Assembly: GCF_964355755.1 (NCBI RefSeq)
Contig: NC_092675.1
Span: 20,370,912 to 20,434,911, forward strand
Source of the DNA: Antedon mediterranea
Lineage: Eukaryota > Animalia > Echinodermata
Length of the DNA: 64,000 nucleotides
Direction: 5' to 3'
The notes beneath the pieces were generated by a model that saw only the letters and a list, made by a program, of their open reading frames with translations, ran no database searches and was not told the DNA's origin. A program made the position numbers and the translations under genes. This document shows positions 42,160 to 58,546 of this stretch, one piece after another; position 1 is the stretch's first letter, and every line of letters begins with the position of its first letter.

Positions 42160-45100
42160 AAAATGTCAATTTAGGATAAATTTACAGATTTTACTATTTA
42201 AACTGCGTAAACTTAATGCAAACTTTAAAAAAACACCCACAAACATCATCCAAACAACTTAATATTGATTATACCACTACAAGAACTATAAAAGAGGACA
42301 ATTTATGAAATAATTTCATTGAAATATCTCTAGGTTTGAATTTTTAGGGTAAAAGATGTCAATTTTGGATAAATTTACAGATTTTGCCATGTAAACTGTG
42401 CAAACTTTTAAAAAACACCCCACAAACATCATCCAAACCACTTAATATTGAGTATACCACTACTAGAACTATAAAAGAGGACAATTTATGAAATAATTTT
42501 ATTGAAATAGCTCTAGGTTTGAATTTTTAGGGTAAAAAATGTCAATTTTCGATAAATTTACAGATTTTACCATGTAAACTGCGTAAACTTAATGCAAACT
42601 TTAAAAAAAAAAACCACAAACATCATCCAAACAACTTAATATTGATTGTACTACTACTAGAACTATAAAAGAGGACAATTTATGAAATAATTTGATTGAA
42701 ATAGCTCTGGTTTGAATTTTTAGGGTAAAAAATGTCAATTTTGGATACATTTACAGATTTTGCCATGTAAACTGCGTAAACTTAATGCTAACTTAACAAA
42801 AACACCCCACAAACATTATTCAAACAACTTAATATTGATTATATCACTACTAGAACTGTAAAAAAAGAGAATTTTTGAAATCAATTTATTGAAATAGCTC
42901 TGAAGTTTGACTTTTTAGGGTGAAAAATGTCAATTTTGGATAAATTTACAGATTTTACCATTTAAACTGCGTAAACTTAATGCAAACTTTAAAAAAACAC
43001 CCACAAACATCATCCAAACAACTTAATATTGATTATACCACTACAAGAACTATAAAAGAGGACAATTTATGAAATAATTTCATTGGAATATCTCTAGGTT
43101 TGAATTTTTAGGGTAAAAGATGTCAATTTTGGATAAATTTACAGATTTTGCCATGTAAACTGTGCAAACTTTAAAAAAACACCCCACAAACATCATCCAA
43201 ACCACTTAATATTGAGTATACCACTACTAGAACTATAAAAGAGGACAATTTATGAAATAATTTTATTGAAATAGCTCTAGGTTTGAATTTTTAGGGTAAA
43301 AAATGTCAATTTTGGATAAATTTACAGATTTTACCATGTAAACTGCGTAAACTTAATGCAAACTTTAAAAAAAAAAACCACAAACATCATCCAAACAACT
43401 TAATATTGATTGTATTACTACTAGAACTATAAAAGAGGACAATTTATGAAATAATTTGATTGAAATAGCTCTGGTTTGAATTTTTAGGGTAAAAAATGTC
43501 AATTTTGGATACATTTACAGATTTTGCCATGTAAACTGCGTAAACTTAATGCTAACTTAACAAAAACACCCACAAACATTATTCAAACAACTTAATATTG
43601 ATTATATCACTACTAGAACTGTAAAAGAAGAGAATTTTTGAAATCAATTTATTGAAATAGCTCTGAAGTTTGACTTTTTAGGGTGAAAAATGTCAATTTT
43701 GGATAAATTTACAGATTTTACCATTTAAACTGCGTAAACTTAATGCAAACTTTAAAAAAACACCCACAAACATCATCCAAACAACTTAATATTGATTATA
43801 CCACTACAAGAACTATAAAAGAGGACAATTTATGAAATAATTTCATTGAAATAGCTCTAGGTTTGAATTTTTAGGGTAAAAGATGTCAATTTTGGATAAA
43901 TTTACAGATTTTACCATTTACTGCGTAAACTTAATGCAAACTTTAAAAAAACACCCACAAACATCATCCAAACAACTTAATATTGATTATACCACTACAA
44001 GAACTATAAAAGAGGACAATTTATGAAATAATTTCATTGAAATAGCTCTAGGTTTGAATTTTTAGGGTAAAAAATGTCAATTTTGGATAAATTTACAGAT
44101 TTTGCCATGTAAACTGTGCAAACTTTAAAAAAACACCCCACAAACATCATCCAAACCACTTAATATTGAGTATGCCACTACTAGAACTATAAAAGAGGAC
44201 AATTTATGAAATAATTTTATTGAAATAGCTCTAGGTTTGAATTTTTAGGGTAAAAAATGTCAATTTTGGATAAATTTACAGATTTTACCATGTAAACTGC
44301 GTAAACTTAATGCAAACTTTTAAAAAACACCCACAAACATCATCCAAACAACTTAATATTGATTATACCACTACTAGAACTATAAAAGAGGACAATTTAT
44401 GAAATAATTTTATTGAAATAGCTCTGGTTTGAATTTTTAGGGTAAAAAATGTCAATTTTGGATAAATTTACAGTTTTTGCCATGTAAACTGCGTAAACTT
44501 AATGCTAACTTAACAAAAACACCCCACAAACATCATTCAAACAACTTAATATTGATTATATCACTACTAGAACTGTAAAAGAAGAGAATTTTTGAAATAA
44601 ATTTATTGAAATAGCTCTGAAGTTTGACTTTTTAGGGTGAAAAATGTCAATTTTGGATAAATTTACAGATTTTACCATTTAAACTGCGTAAACTTAATGC
44701 AAACTTTAAAAAAACACCCACAAACATCATCCAAACAACTTAATATTGATTATACCACTACAAGAACTATAAAAGAGGACAGTTTATGAAATAATTTCAT
44801 TGAAATAGCTCTAGGTTTGATTTTTTAGGGTGAAAAATGTAAACTTTGGATAAATTGACCATGTAAACTGTGCAAACTTTAAAAAAAAACACCCCACAAA
44901 CATCATCCAAACAACTTAATATTGATTATACCACTACTAGAACTATAAAAGAGGACAATTTATGAAATCATTTTATTAAAATAGTTCTAGGTATAAATTG
45001 ACACATTTTACCATGTAAACTGTGCAAACTTTTAAAAAACACCCCACAAACATCATCCAAACCACTTAATATTGATTATATCATTATTAGAACTATAAAA

Positions 45101-45850
45101 GAGGACCATTTATGAAATAATTTTATTGAAATGGCTCTAAGATTTTTCTAGGAGTGAAAAATGTCAATTTTGGATAATTGACAGATTTTACCATGTAAAC
45201 TGCGAAACTTAATTAAAAAATACCTCACAAACATCATTCAAACAATTGAATACTGATTATACCACTACTAGAACTATAAAAGAAGACAATTTATGAAATC
45301 ATTTTATTAAAATAGTTCTAGGTTTGACATTTTTGGGGTGATTATGAAATAATTTTATTGAAATAGCTCTAGGAATAAATTGACACATTTTACCATGTAA
45401 ACTGTGCAAACTTTTAAAAAACACCCCACAAACATCATCCAAACCACTTTGATTATATCATTATTAGAACCATAAAAAGAGGACAATTTATGAAATAATT
45501 TTATTGAAATGTCTCTAAGATTTTTTTACTAGGAGTGAAAAATGTCAATTTTGGATAATTGACAGATTTTACCATGTAAACTGCGTAAACTTAATTAAAA
45601 AATACCCCACAAACATCATTCAAACAATTGAATACTGATTATACCACTACTAGAAATATAAAAGAAGACAATTTATAAAATCATTTTATTATTAAATAGC
45701 TCTAGGTTTGACATTTTTGGGGTAAAAAACCACTTAATATTGATTATCACTAAAACTATAAAAGAAGACAACTTATGAAATGATTTTATTGAAATAGGTC
45801 AAAGTTTGACCTTTTTGGATAAATTGACAGATTTTAAAGTGTAAACTTTA
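42160..45850 (+). repeat. ~191-bp satellite (183-195 bp monomers) with a 4-mer higher-order repeat
   Basis: TGTCAAT anchors at 42164, 42357, 42540, 42733, 42928, 43121, 43304, 43497, 43691 and onward; degenerate after ~44830. Confidence 0.95.
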
Positions 45851-45934
45851 CAATGCAAAAAAGGCCATCTGCAAACATCCTTCAAACCACTTATTATATT
45901 AAGACAATATTAATATTTGAAGCAGATATAAAAT

Positions 45935-48270
45935 GATGCATACTCAGTTATCAAATGACTAGGCCTACACTGATCATATTTGATATTGGTATATAGACAG
46001 TTAATATTAATTATTGTTGAGGTAGTTCAAACTATGATTACACTGATCATATCCAAAATTGTGATATAGAATATTATTAATAGTTATGGAAAAGATAGAT
46101 ATTAAAAAACTAAACAGATCATATCCAACAGTTTGATATAGATTATTAATATTAATTAAGGATGATGCAGATATTAAAAGATTTTTGCTCAGTTATCAAT
46201 TTATGACTACACTGATCATATCCAACTACGTGTTATAGATTATTAATAATAATTATTGATGAAATAGATATTGAAAGATGCGTGCTCAGTTATCAAATTA
46301 TGACTACACTAATCATATCCAACATTGTGATATAGATTATTAATAATAATTATTGATGAGGTAGATATTAAAAGATGCATGCTCAGTTATCAAACTATGA
46401 CTACACTGATCATATCCAACATTGTGATATAGGATATTATTAATAGTTATTGATAAGGTAGATATTAAAAAACCAAACAGATCATATCCAACAGTGTAAT
46501 ATAGATTATTAATATTAATTATTAATGAGGTAGATATTCTTCTTCTTTATTGTATCAAACAAAAACAATTTCAATACAAAAGGTAGCCAAGGTATAGCCG
46601 AAGCTAATCAAGCTTGGTACCTTTTATCTTAACTAACTTAAGCTACGAAATTAACAAATGAATAACAGAACTTAAAAGAAAATAAAAATTTGATAACGTC
46701 AAAAACCAAACAAAAAATGTTGAATAATAAATAAATAACATAACATAACATTAAGTGCTGTATGTACTATACTGTAATAAAAAAAACCATATCAGTTCAA
46801 TAGATCTGATGAATTAACAATATATAAAACATTGTAAATTATAGATTATTCTTTTATATACTTAAATAAAAGTAATTCTAAAGATGTATGCTCAGTTATC
46901 AAATTATGACTACACTGATCATATCCAACAATGTGATATAAATTATTAATAATAATTATTGATGAAATAGATATTGAAAGATGCGTGCTCAGTTATCAAA
47001 TTATGACTACACTAATCATATCCAACATTGTGATATAGGATATTATTAATAGTCATTGATAAGGTAGATATTAAAAGATGCATGCTCAGTTATCATATTA
47101 TGACTACACTGATCATATTGAACAATGCAATATAGATTATTAATATTAATTATTGATGAGGTAGATATTAAAAGATGCATGCTCAGTTATCAAATTCTGA
47201 CTACACTGATCATATCCAACAATGTGATATAGATTATTAATAATAATTATTGAAAGGTAGATAATAAAAGATGCGTGCTCAGTTATCAAATTATGACTAC
47301 ACTGATCATATCGAACAATGTGATATAGATTATTAATATTAATTATTGATGAGGTAGATATTAAAAGATGCGTGCTCAGTTATCAAATTCTGACTACACT
47401 GATCATTATCGAACAATGTGATATAAGATATTAATAATGATTATTGATGAGGTAGATATTAAAAGATGCGTGCTCAGTTATCAAATTCTGACTACTGTAC
47501 ACTGATCATATCCAACGTGATATAATATATTATTAATAGTTATTGATAAGGTATATTAAAAAACTAAACAGATCATATCCAACAATGTGATATAGATTAT
47601 TAATATTAATTAATGATGATGTAGATATTAAAAGATTATTGCTCAGTTATCAAATTATGACTACACTGATAATAACCAACAATGTGATATAGATTATTAA
47701 TAATAATTATTGATGAAATAGATATTGAAAGATGGGTGCTCAGTTATAAAATTATGACTACACTGATCATATCCAACATTGTGATATAGGATATTATTAA
47801 TAGTTATTGATAAGGTATATTAAAAGATGCGTGCTGTTATTAAATTATGACTACACTGATCATATCGAACAATGTGATATAGATTATTAATATTAATTAT
47901 TGATGAGGTAGATATTAAAAGATGCGTGCTCAGTTATCAAATTCTGACTACACTGATCATATCGAACAATGTGATATATTATGATATTAATATTAATTAT
48001 TGATGAGGTAGATATTAAAAGATGCGTGCTCAGTTATCAAATTATGACTAACACTGATCATATCCTACATTGTGATATAGGACATTATTAATAGTTATTG
48101 ATAAGGTAGTTATTAAAAGATGCGTGCTCAGTTATCAAATTTTGACTACAAAGATCATATCCAACATTGTGATGTAGATTTATATTAATATTAATTATTG
48201 ATGATGTAGATATTATAAGATGCATGCTAAGTTATCAAATTGTTACTACACGGATCATATTTGATATTGT
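45935..48270 (-). repeat. 97-bp satellite array, right arm, inverted (~20 more diverged monomers)
   Basis: GATGCGTGCTCAGTTATCAAATTATGACTACACTGATCATATCC is the reverse complement of the left-arm monomer. Confidence 0.95.
46539..46879 (-). mobile_element. LINE 3' UTR fragment inserted in the right satellite arm
   Basis: Minus-strand AATAAA+(GAA)n tail and stem-loop AAAAGGTA(G)CCAAG...CTTGGTACCTTTT. It interrupts a monomer at GTAGATATT|AAAGATG. Confidence 0.6.
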
Positions 48271-48569
48271 GATTGATGATATATTCATATAAAGAGTGTA
48301 CAATACTCACAGTATTTTTTAATCCATCCACATGAAGAAGAGACACAAGAAGAGTTGTTTGAAATTGTGAAGCCTCACAACCTTACTAATTGTGATGACA
48401 TTTAATATAATATTACAGCCATACACAAACAGTAAGGTAGTTAGGGTCACTACAATCTATTAAAATAATTAACATTAATTTAACTGGAAACATTGTTAAT
48501 TATCAGTTTGAGTTTGACTTTTGTCTCTTTTGTTGTAGAATTGAATCTCTGTTTATCCATTGCTTTCAA

Positions 48570-49460
48570 CCTGAAAATAAACAGGCCTAATACCTTGGCA
48601 TTAGCAATGAAATCAACTTACACACTATGTGACCCCCCAGCCTATCCCTAGCTAGGCCTATGCCTCTCTAGACCATTCTGCTGGCTAGCTAGCAAGGCCC
48701 TAGGCCTAGTCCTATAATTAATAGCACAGGTCTCATATAGATAGGCCTAGAGTGTTTAGACTGAGCCTGGTGGTTATATGCCTATTTATTTAACTAGGAC
48801 TAGGAGGCAGGCCTAATCAGCCTAAACTAAGGCCTAATAAACTAGTCTAGGCCCTAACTAGAATACATAGAGCTAGCTAGTTAGGCAGCCTAGGCCTAGC
48901 TACTTATTAGCTAGTAAGTAGGCCTAGCTAGCTAGCCTACCAGTTCCCTAGTAGGGCCTAACCAGGTGGGCCTAGCCTAGCCTACTACTCTAAGCTAGAT
49001 CTTTCTATTTCTAGGCCTAGCTAGACAAGGCTAGCCATAGATAGTAGGCCTAGTAGTACTAGGCCTACCTAGTTTTTAGGCCTAAACTATTAGCTAGAGT
49101 AGAGAGATGCTAGCCTAACTAGGCCTAGGCCCTAGCTAGCTAGCTAGGCCTAGACTAGGCTAGCCTATAAATAGGCCTGCCCTCTAGTTAGGCCTAGGCC
49201 TAATCTGCCCTTTTTGGAGGCTAAAATATTGTCTGAAATAAGCTATGACCTACAAATATAGCTTAACTATCTGTTTAAGGGTGACACTGATGATGGGTAA
49301 TCAATAAAATATGCTTCTAAATCTACCTTTTTGGCTTGCAATCATAATATCCAGTCTAGCCTAGGCCTAGGCCTGCACGGATCAGGTAGCGAAACGAACG
49401 AAGTGAGAGCAGAGAGCTGAGGAGGAGGAGGAGGCCTCCTCCTCGGCCTAGGTTTCAGGC
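48570..49460 (-). promoter_or_regulatory. Promoter-proximal-like region dense in CTAG/TAGGCCTA palindromes, with a putative minus-strand first intron (48571-49326)
   Basis: Dozens of AGGCCT/GCTAGC/CCTAGG hexamers and locally raised GC. Minus-strand donor AAAG|GTAGAT at 49326 and acceptor TTTATTTTCAG|G at 48571. Transcription is inferred, not shown. Confidence 0.4.
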
Positions 49461-49965
49461 AGAAAAGAACATCTTGAGTTTGTGTAATTATATATCTATT
49501 TATAGTTATTTTAAAATATATCCCTAACATTTAAAAAATTATATATATTACTGACAATTAATTCTAAGAATGATACTCTATCTAATGATATAATCAATTA
49601 AATGTATTTTCCGTACGAAATTAATTATATACGAGGATGGCATAAGTGATAGTTCTCTGTTATCAAAAAACAACTACATACTATACCTGTACATTTTATG
49701 GCAATACAAACAAATTGTGTCTACTCGTGAAAAATAATATTTCTGAAAAAAAATAACGAAAACAAACAACTATACATTTAATTATTTAATATGTGAAAAA
49801 AGAAAAAAAATCAGTCTTAATTGTATGTAAATTAAATACTATAGTGAGCAAGGATAGCAACCAACCGAAAAAAATATGCGGGACTGTTTACACCGCGAAT
49901 ACGCAAGTACATAAGTTCGTTCCAGGTTGACTTGATGCGGAATACATTGCGCATCAAGGGCCTTT

Positions 49966-50878
49966 GGCGCTAGTTCCGTTTCGCACCTGTTTTTATTTCG
50001 ACTTCCTTTTGACTCCAAATTGTTAAGCAACTTATTGTGAATACCACACCTTAAAATTGGGCCTCATAAGTACTTTTATGAAGAAGAATCACATAAAAAG
50101 TAACAAATAAATCCTTAAATTGATGATTTTACAGACATGTTTCTCGCATACCGTTCGCGAATTTAGCATACTCGAAGTTCAATATTTTCGTTTCTATGGA
50201 GCGCCAAAAGAGCAACAACAATAGATGGTTAAAACCTGAGTGGAATGCGTCTTCTTTTAATGCATTTATTATTGAAATACACGTTTAATTTTAATATATT
50301 TTGTCAATAAAAATGCTGTAACATTTTACTGCTATTGCTAATAATTTGCTGTTTTCAAATAGCAACCAACCCTAGGCCTAAGAGTAAGACTAAGACTAAG
50401 AGGAATTTTGTTTAGATCAGGTATACCCCTACAGACTACAGTACATGTAATATGATGATGAATGTCAATTTTCATTCCTAAAAGTTCCTGCAAAAACCAT
50501 GTACAGTATCAACAGTAATATTTTTGTTGCATTGACATTGACAAAATATGATAAAATTGAACGTAATATTCACCAATAAATGCATTAAATATACGCAATT
50601 TACTGAGTTTTTAGCCCTCTATTATGATTGCTCTTTTGGCGCTCCATAGAAACAACAACATTGAACATGGAGTACTGGCCTATGCGAAATTCACGAACCG
50701 ATGTGCGAGAAACACGTCTGTAAATTCATCAATTTAAAGGATTTGTTTTTTACTTTTTGTGTGATCTCCTTCGTAAAAGTATTTTTGAGGCCTAATTCTA
50801 AGGTGTGGTACTCACGATAAAGTTACTTAACCAATTTTGAGTCAAAATAAACGACAGGTGCGAAACGGAACTAGCGCC
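49966..50878. mobile_element. Foldback DNA transposon (Merlin- or MULE-like), 913 bp
   Basis: Perfect 25-bp termini GGCGCTAGTTCCGTTTCGCACCTGT extending into ~350-bp imperfect TIRs. 8-bp TSD GGGCCTTT (49958-49965, 50879-50886). Empty site in copy A at 12635-12642. Confidence 0.93.
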
Positions 50879-52670
50879 GGGCCTTTCACACCTGTTCCGG
50901 CATGGTTCTGGTTCGGCGAATCGAACGGCAATGTTTCGTTTTCACTATGCTCCACATGGCTATGCGCCAATCGATATGTGCATGGCCGCGTAAAAATGAA
51001 ACATTGGCTTTGCCAGCGCCAGACTGGAACCGTGCAGACGGGCCCTTTACCCGTGTGGTTCAGCGACCGGGTTGACATTTTACCTTGTTTAAACCGGCCT
51101 GAATTTCTGCGTCCCAGGAACAATTTGGGTTACTTAATTCTGGATCAACTTGATTTGAGTTGTTATTTGTCCTAGACTCCTACTGTAAATTCAAACTATA
51201 CTTTCAAATGATGTTTTTATTTACAATATAATTTTGTACACAATTTTAATTTCAGTGATTTTTTTTATGAATGGTGGGTAATTTCTTTTTTTCAGTGACT
51301 TCTTGAAAGTGTACCAATACCCAGCGGTGGACAGCCGGGGCAAGTCAGGCTTACAGTACTTATGCCATCTGTGAATAATGAATTTATACAAAAGTGAACA
51401 TTGTGGAGATAAACTTCAAACACACCAAGAGTTTAAATTTCTTCGATGTCAAGTGAACGTTGTCAGACTTTGTCTAGATTTAAATAGTGGATGGAGCAGA
51501 CATTTGGGAGAGTACACAGAAGAGACGCCATATGAATGTGTACATTGTGGAAAGAAATTCAACCAGAATGACGATCTGAAAAAACATATGAGAATACACA
51601 CAGGAGAGAAACCATATGAATGTGAACATTGTGGGAAGAAATTCAACCAGAATGACGATCTGAAAAAACATATGAGAATACACAAAGAAGAGACACCATA
51701 TGAATGTGAAAATTGTGGGAAGAAATTCAAAGACAATGATGATCTGAAAAAACATTTGAGAATGCACACAGGAGAGAAACCATATGAATGTGAACATTGT
51801 GGAAAGAAGTTTAACCAGAGTGACGATCTGAAAAGACATATGAGAATACACACAGGAGAGAAACCATATGAATGTGAACATTGTGGGAAGAAATTCAACC
51901 AGAATGACGATCTGAAAAAACATATGAGAATACACACAGGAGACGAACCATATGAATGTGAACATTGTGGAAAGAAGTTTAACCAGAGTGATGATCTGAA
52001 AAAACATTTGAAAATACACACCAGAGAGAAAACATATGAATGTGAACATTGTGGGAAGAAATTCAACCGGAATGACAGTTTGAAAAAACATATGAGAATA
52101 CACACAGGAGAGAAACCATATGAATGTGAACATTGTGGGAAGAAATTCAACCACATTGGGAATTTGAAAATTCATTTGAGAATACACACAGGAGAGAAAC
52201 CATATGAATGTGAACATTGTGGGAAGAAATTCAACCAGATTGGGCGTTTGAAAATTCATTTGAGAATACACACAGGAGAGAAACCATATGAATGTGAACA
52301 TTGTGGGAAGAAATTCAACTGGAATGACGATCTGAAAAAACATACGAGAATACACACAGGAGAGAAACCATATGAATGTGAACATTGTGGGAAGAAATTC
52401 AACCGGAATGACGTTCTGAAAAAACATATGAGAATACACACAGGAGAGAAACCATATGAATGTGAACATTGTGGGAAGAAATTCAACCAGATTGGGAATT
52501 TGGGAAGACATTTGAGAATACACACAGGAGAGACACCATATGAATGTGAACATTGTAAAAAGAAATTCAACCAGATTGGGAATTTGGGAAGACATTTTAG
52601 AATACACACAGGAGAGACACCATATGAATGTGAACATTGTGGGACGAAATTCAAACAGAATGACGATCTG

Positions 52671-54575
<1,905 letters not shown>

Positions 54576-57500
54576 ACATTGTGGGAAGGAATTGTTCATT
54601 GATAATTAAGTTTTGTGATCTTTTTTTTCTTTAATTGTTTTATATTTTCAATATCATTGAATATTATAGTATAGGCCTAACTAAAATATCTTATCAGCTC
54701 TGTCTACACTATCAAACTTTATGAGACTAAAACGTGTAGACATAGCTTTAGAGAACTTTTTTGTAATTGTTTTTTTTCTTTTGATGTTTTATTTTCTGTT
54801 TAAAAATAAGTTTTTTGAGCTGTGATCGTTAAAATTTTATATTTGTTGCATATTTTATATATGTTTGTTGAATTCAACATAAAGATATTGTATGATGTGT
54901 TTATGAATAAATATACAGTACCTTGAATTATTATATTGTGGGTTTTTCTCGATATACCTTCATCCTTTAAATCTTTTAGGAAAAAAAAGCACCATTATTA
55001 TAAAGAAGGTCCATCTATTTTTATTTTGTGAATATTCTGTGAGACTCGACTAAAAAACCATGTTTTGTGGTATATGTTGTCATTGTACGTATGGTAAGTT
55101 AAGCTGAGCTTTTTCTCCATGATTACTTTAAGTATGCGAACTCAACCAATCCAAGTCTTGAAATTTAAGAAATTATTGTAAGATATGTAGTAACACTTTT
55201 AAAAAAATTTTTGGAAATTATTTATTACAATTGCATATGTATTTAAACAAATAGAGGGACTAGGCATCGGAATCTTAACACATTTCTATTTATATTTCTG
55301 ACATAACTTAAGTATTCCTAAAATTGAGGGCGCCAAAAATAAAATTTAGGAGATTGAAAGGAAGCGGGAAGCCACAAAGTGGCGTCTGTATCGTGTACAA
55401 ACGAGTCGTAATTATTTGTTTTTAATGAGAGCAATGACGGTGCTACATCCCGATCAAACAAATTATTTATAAAATTCAGACCAGGGACCAGCCCGAAACG
55501 TTTCGGTGACTGCTGCAGCTCAGGGGATGTTAGAAGCTAGACAAGAAATAATGTCATGGCCGCCTCATTTAATGCACAGCTCTCATTTTCTAAAAAGAGA
55601 CAGACGGATCTAAAAAATCGAAAGCCTTTGCGGCAAAATGACATCAAAAGGCGGCCTATCAAGTATCTTGTGTGTACTGTCGTCAAGCCGCTGCTGTTAA
55701 AGTTCCACGTCATTCATGTTGCTGTCATAGTCCTGAATGTATTGTCCCCCAAAAACATGAAAAATCAAGATTAATTAAATCAGTCTTTGAATAGGTTATT
55801 TTGTAGTTTTAATAAATTTAATCACTTCCGTGGAAAAAAAAAACAAAAATTGTTTCCTTTTTAAAATGACAAACTAAATGGTTAAATTCAACCAAAAATA
55901 CATTGGCTAGCAGTCAATTTGACTAATTTTTGCTTTCAATTTGCAGTTTTTCTTAAGGTAAATACATTTTTTTCGATCTGATTTTTTGGTAAATGTGGAT
56001 AACTATTTTGTGACATTAAAATGGAATATTCAACAACAAAAAATGTCAATAATTATTTTTTTGAGGGGGACAATACATATTTAATATGTGAAAAATGTTT
56101 CCAGATTATAATATTTTGGCAAAATTGCCACGACCGGTTCTAAAAAAGTTTTATCAAGTCAACTTTATTCCAGTTTCCGTACCGAACACTAGTGCTGCAC
56201 ACAAACAGTTTATTCCAAAAATAAAACTTTATTTTCAAATACATATATTATATATACAACGATATATTTAGTGTAGACAACACAATAAAACATTCTTAAT
56301 ATCAGGTAAAAAATAATACTGTTTCTTAATTGCTGTCCTAATGCAAATAAACACATAATAATAATTATATACACCCTGTATATTAGTACTTAAAATATCG
56401 ATAGGGGTTTTCAGTTGTTGGAGCATACTGTACATTCTGGAAACATAATTATAAAAAGATTTTTTTAAACACATTTATTATAAATTTGTTCAATACACGC
56501 CCTTATATTGGAAGGTATGCTTGGTTGAATTAATTTGAAAAATCATTTTAAAAATAGGCCACGTACCAAATTATAACATTACATAAACTCATTACAAAAA
56601 TACATTTATAGAAAATATTCAAAATAGCCTATAAGGAAGATTAGGAGCTTTTTTCTGTTAGGGTCCTTTCATGTGACTTATCAGGATTTAATCCAAATAC
56701 TCAAAAAAACTGTTTTTGTCTTTGTGAAATCGTTTAGTCTTAAAGAGATGGATATATTGTTTACTATAATATTTCTGAATACGCAAACATGAATAGTAGC
56801 ATCAAATACTTGGGTAACATATGGTAAGAAATGATTGTTTTAAGAAAAAAAAAAAAAAGGGGGGGGGGTGTATAAAGGTATAAAGCACACATGCAGTGTG
56901 GGTTTTTTGTTCGAATTTAATCTAAAAACCAAATAGTAATAAATAATGTAATTAAAACTACATCACTTGTGTAGTGGCGTGGACGAATGTAAAAATAGGA
57001 AAGTTTGCACTTTGTTCGTTACACAAACTTATACATTTTGCGCATCCACCACGAGTAAAAAACGGAATTGCACTGGGAAGGGTTTTAATACTACATCTAA
57101 ATTAATTAATTATCTGCCATCTTTGATCCAATCTAAATTTTCCACTCTTAGCTGTTCGTTTTACAAATAGTACATATTTTTGCTATCACACGCGCCAATA
57201 CCATGGGGTATCATAAGGGAATCTACCTATAGTAAATCAATGTAGACCTATGGATGACATTTTTCCGAAAGAAATTGATATAGGCTACCACGGTACTCGC
57301 ATCTGGTGTAATATGCCTATTGCGACATTCAGACGGCTTTTTACTATATTGGATAAATGGAACGTGTTTTATTTATTATTATTTTGATTAAACTAAAGCC
57401 ACCCAAAAACTAAAAGCCATCCTGCTATAAAGCACTGATCATTTCTTCGTCGTCTAAGTTTGTAAAGGGGTTCTCAAGTGGTGTAGGCTACATGGGTTCT

Positions 57501-58480
57501 CAAGTGGTTAAAACATGTAGCTGTCCCTGCTCAACGCAGAATTGCGACACAACGCGATATCATCACTAGATTGGATTGTCTTAAAGGGTAATTCCAGGCA
57601 TTTTTTTTAAGGGGGATTATTTCACGATGCGCGTTGTTCTTTACCGCTGACGAATAATAAAGTGGGGTTATTTAAAGTTTATATTTTATAAATTTTATCC
57701 CTGGAGTTACTTTAATTTTAATGCTTTTGTGAACGTCTTTCATCGTAGCCTTCGCATTTTATATTTTTACATCAACCCAACCCCTTCCCCCCGCAAAACC
57801 CACGAATTTCCGATGTAACTAGCTAGTCGCAATAAATATTTGTTATTATTAATGCCGCGAAGTATCCGGTGTAATGCACTCGAGGTATCTTCTTCTCTCG
57901 AGTCGATAGGCCTTAGGGTTAATTTTTAAAACAGCAAAGTCGACAACGAAACTCCGCTGAATACATGATATTTAGCAAGTGCCTGGGGAAATTATGATCA
58001 ATTCTGCAGTGTTTTCTATTATTTTAGTTAATTTATAAAGAAAGACACTTTATCTCACAAAAGCCGACTTTTCAACAGTCACGTAAACTTAAAACGGTTA
58101 AAGAAAACTCATTTCCGTGGCCAGCAGGGTGTGTAAAACTTGTAGAATAGGCTTATTATGCTTAATGATGCGCTTTAATATTTGACTTGTACTGAATATT
58201 CGTCGTATAATAGAAAATAATTCGATTCTCAAACAAAATCCGTACGTGAACACGGACCACCACGACACTTAATTTTAGCGGTGGTGGTCTCTAGTCGACA
58301 CTACTCTAACATTTGGCAAGTAGAATTTAAAATACACTGAATCTTTGGTGCGAACAAAATAAAGAAACGGCCTCTATTCTCGTCATCTAACTTGTCTTCA
58401 TCAGTGATAGTGGTTACCTTGATTCTGCTTACCTATGTTGACGTTACTTGAATATTCAAGTACAACATTGGTTCTATTGT

Positions 58481-58546
58481 AATATAATATAATAATATAA
58501 CAATTTATATAGCGCACATATACACTAAAAGTGCTCAAGACGCTAT
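58481..58546 (-). mobile_element. L2/SINE-type 3' tail remnant
   Basis: (AATAT)n followed by TTTATATAGCGC...TCAAGACGCT, the conserved L2-type terminal stem-loop read on the opposite strand. Confidence 0.5.
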
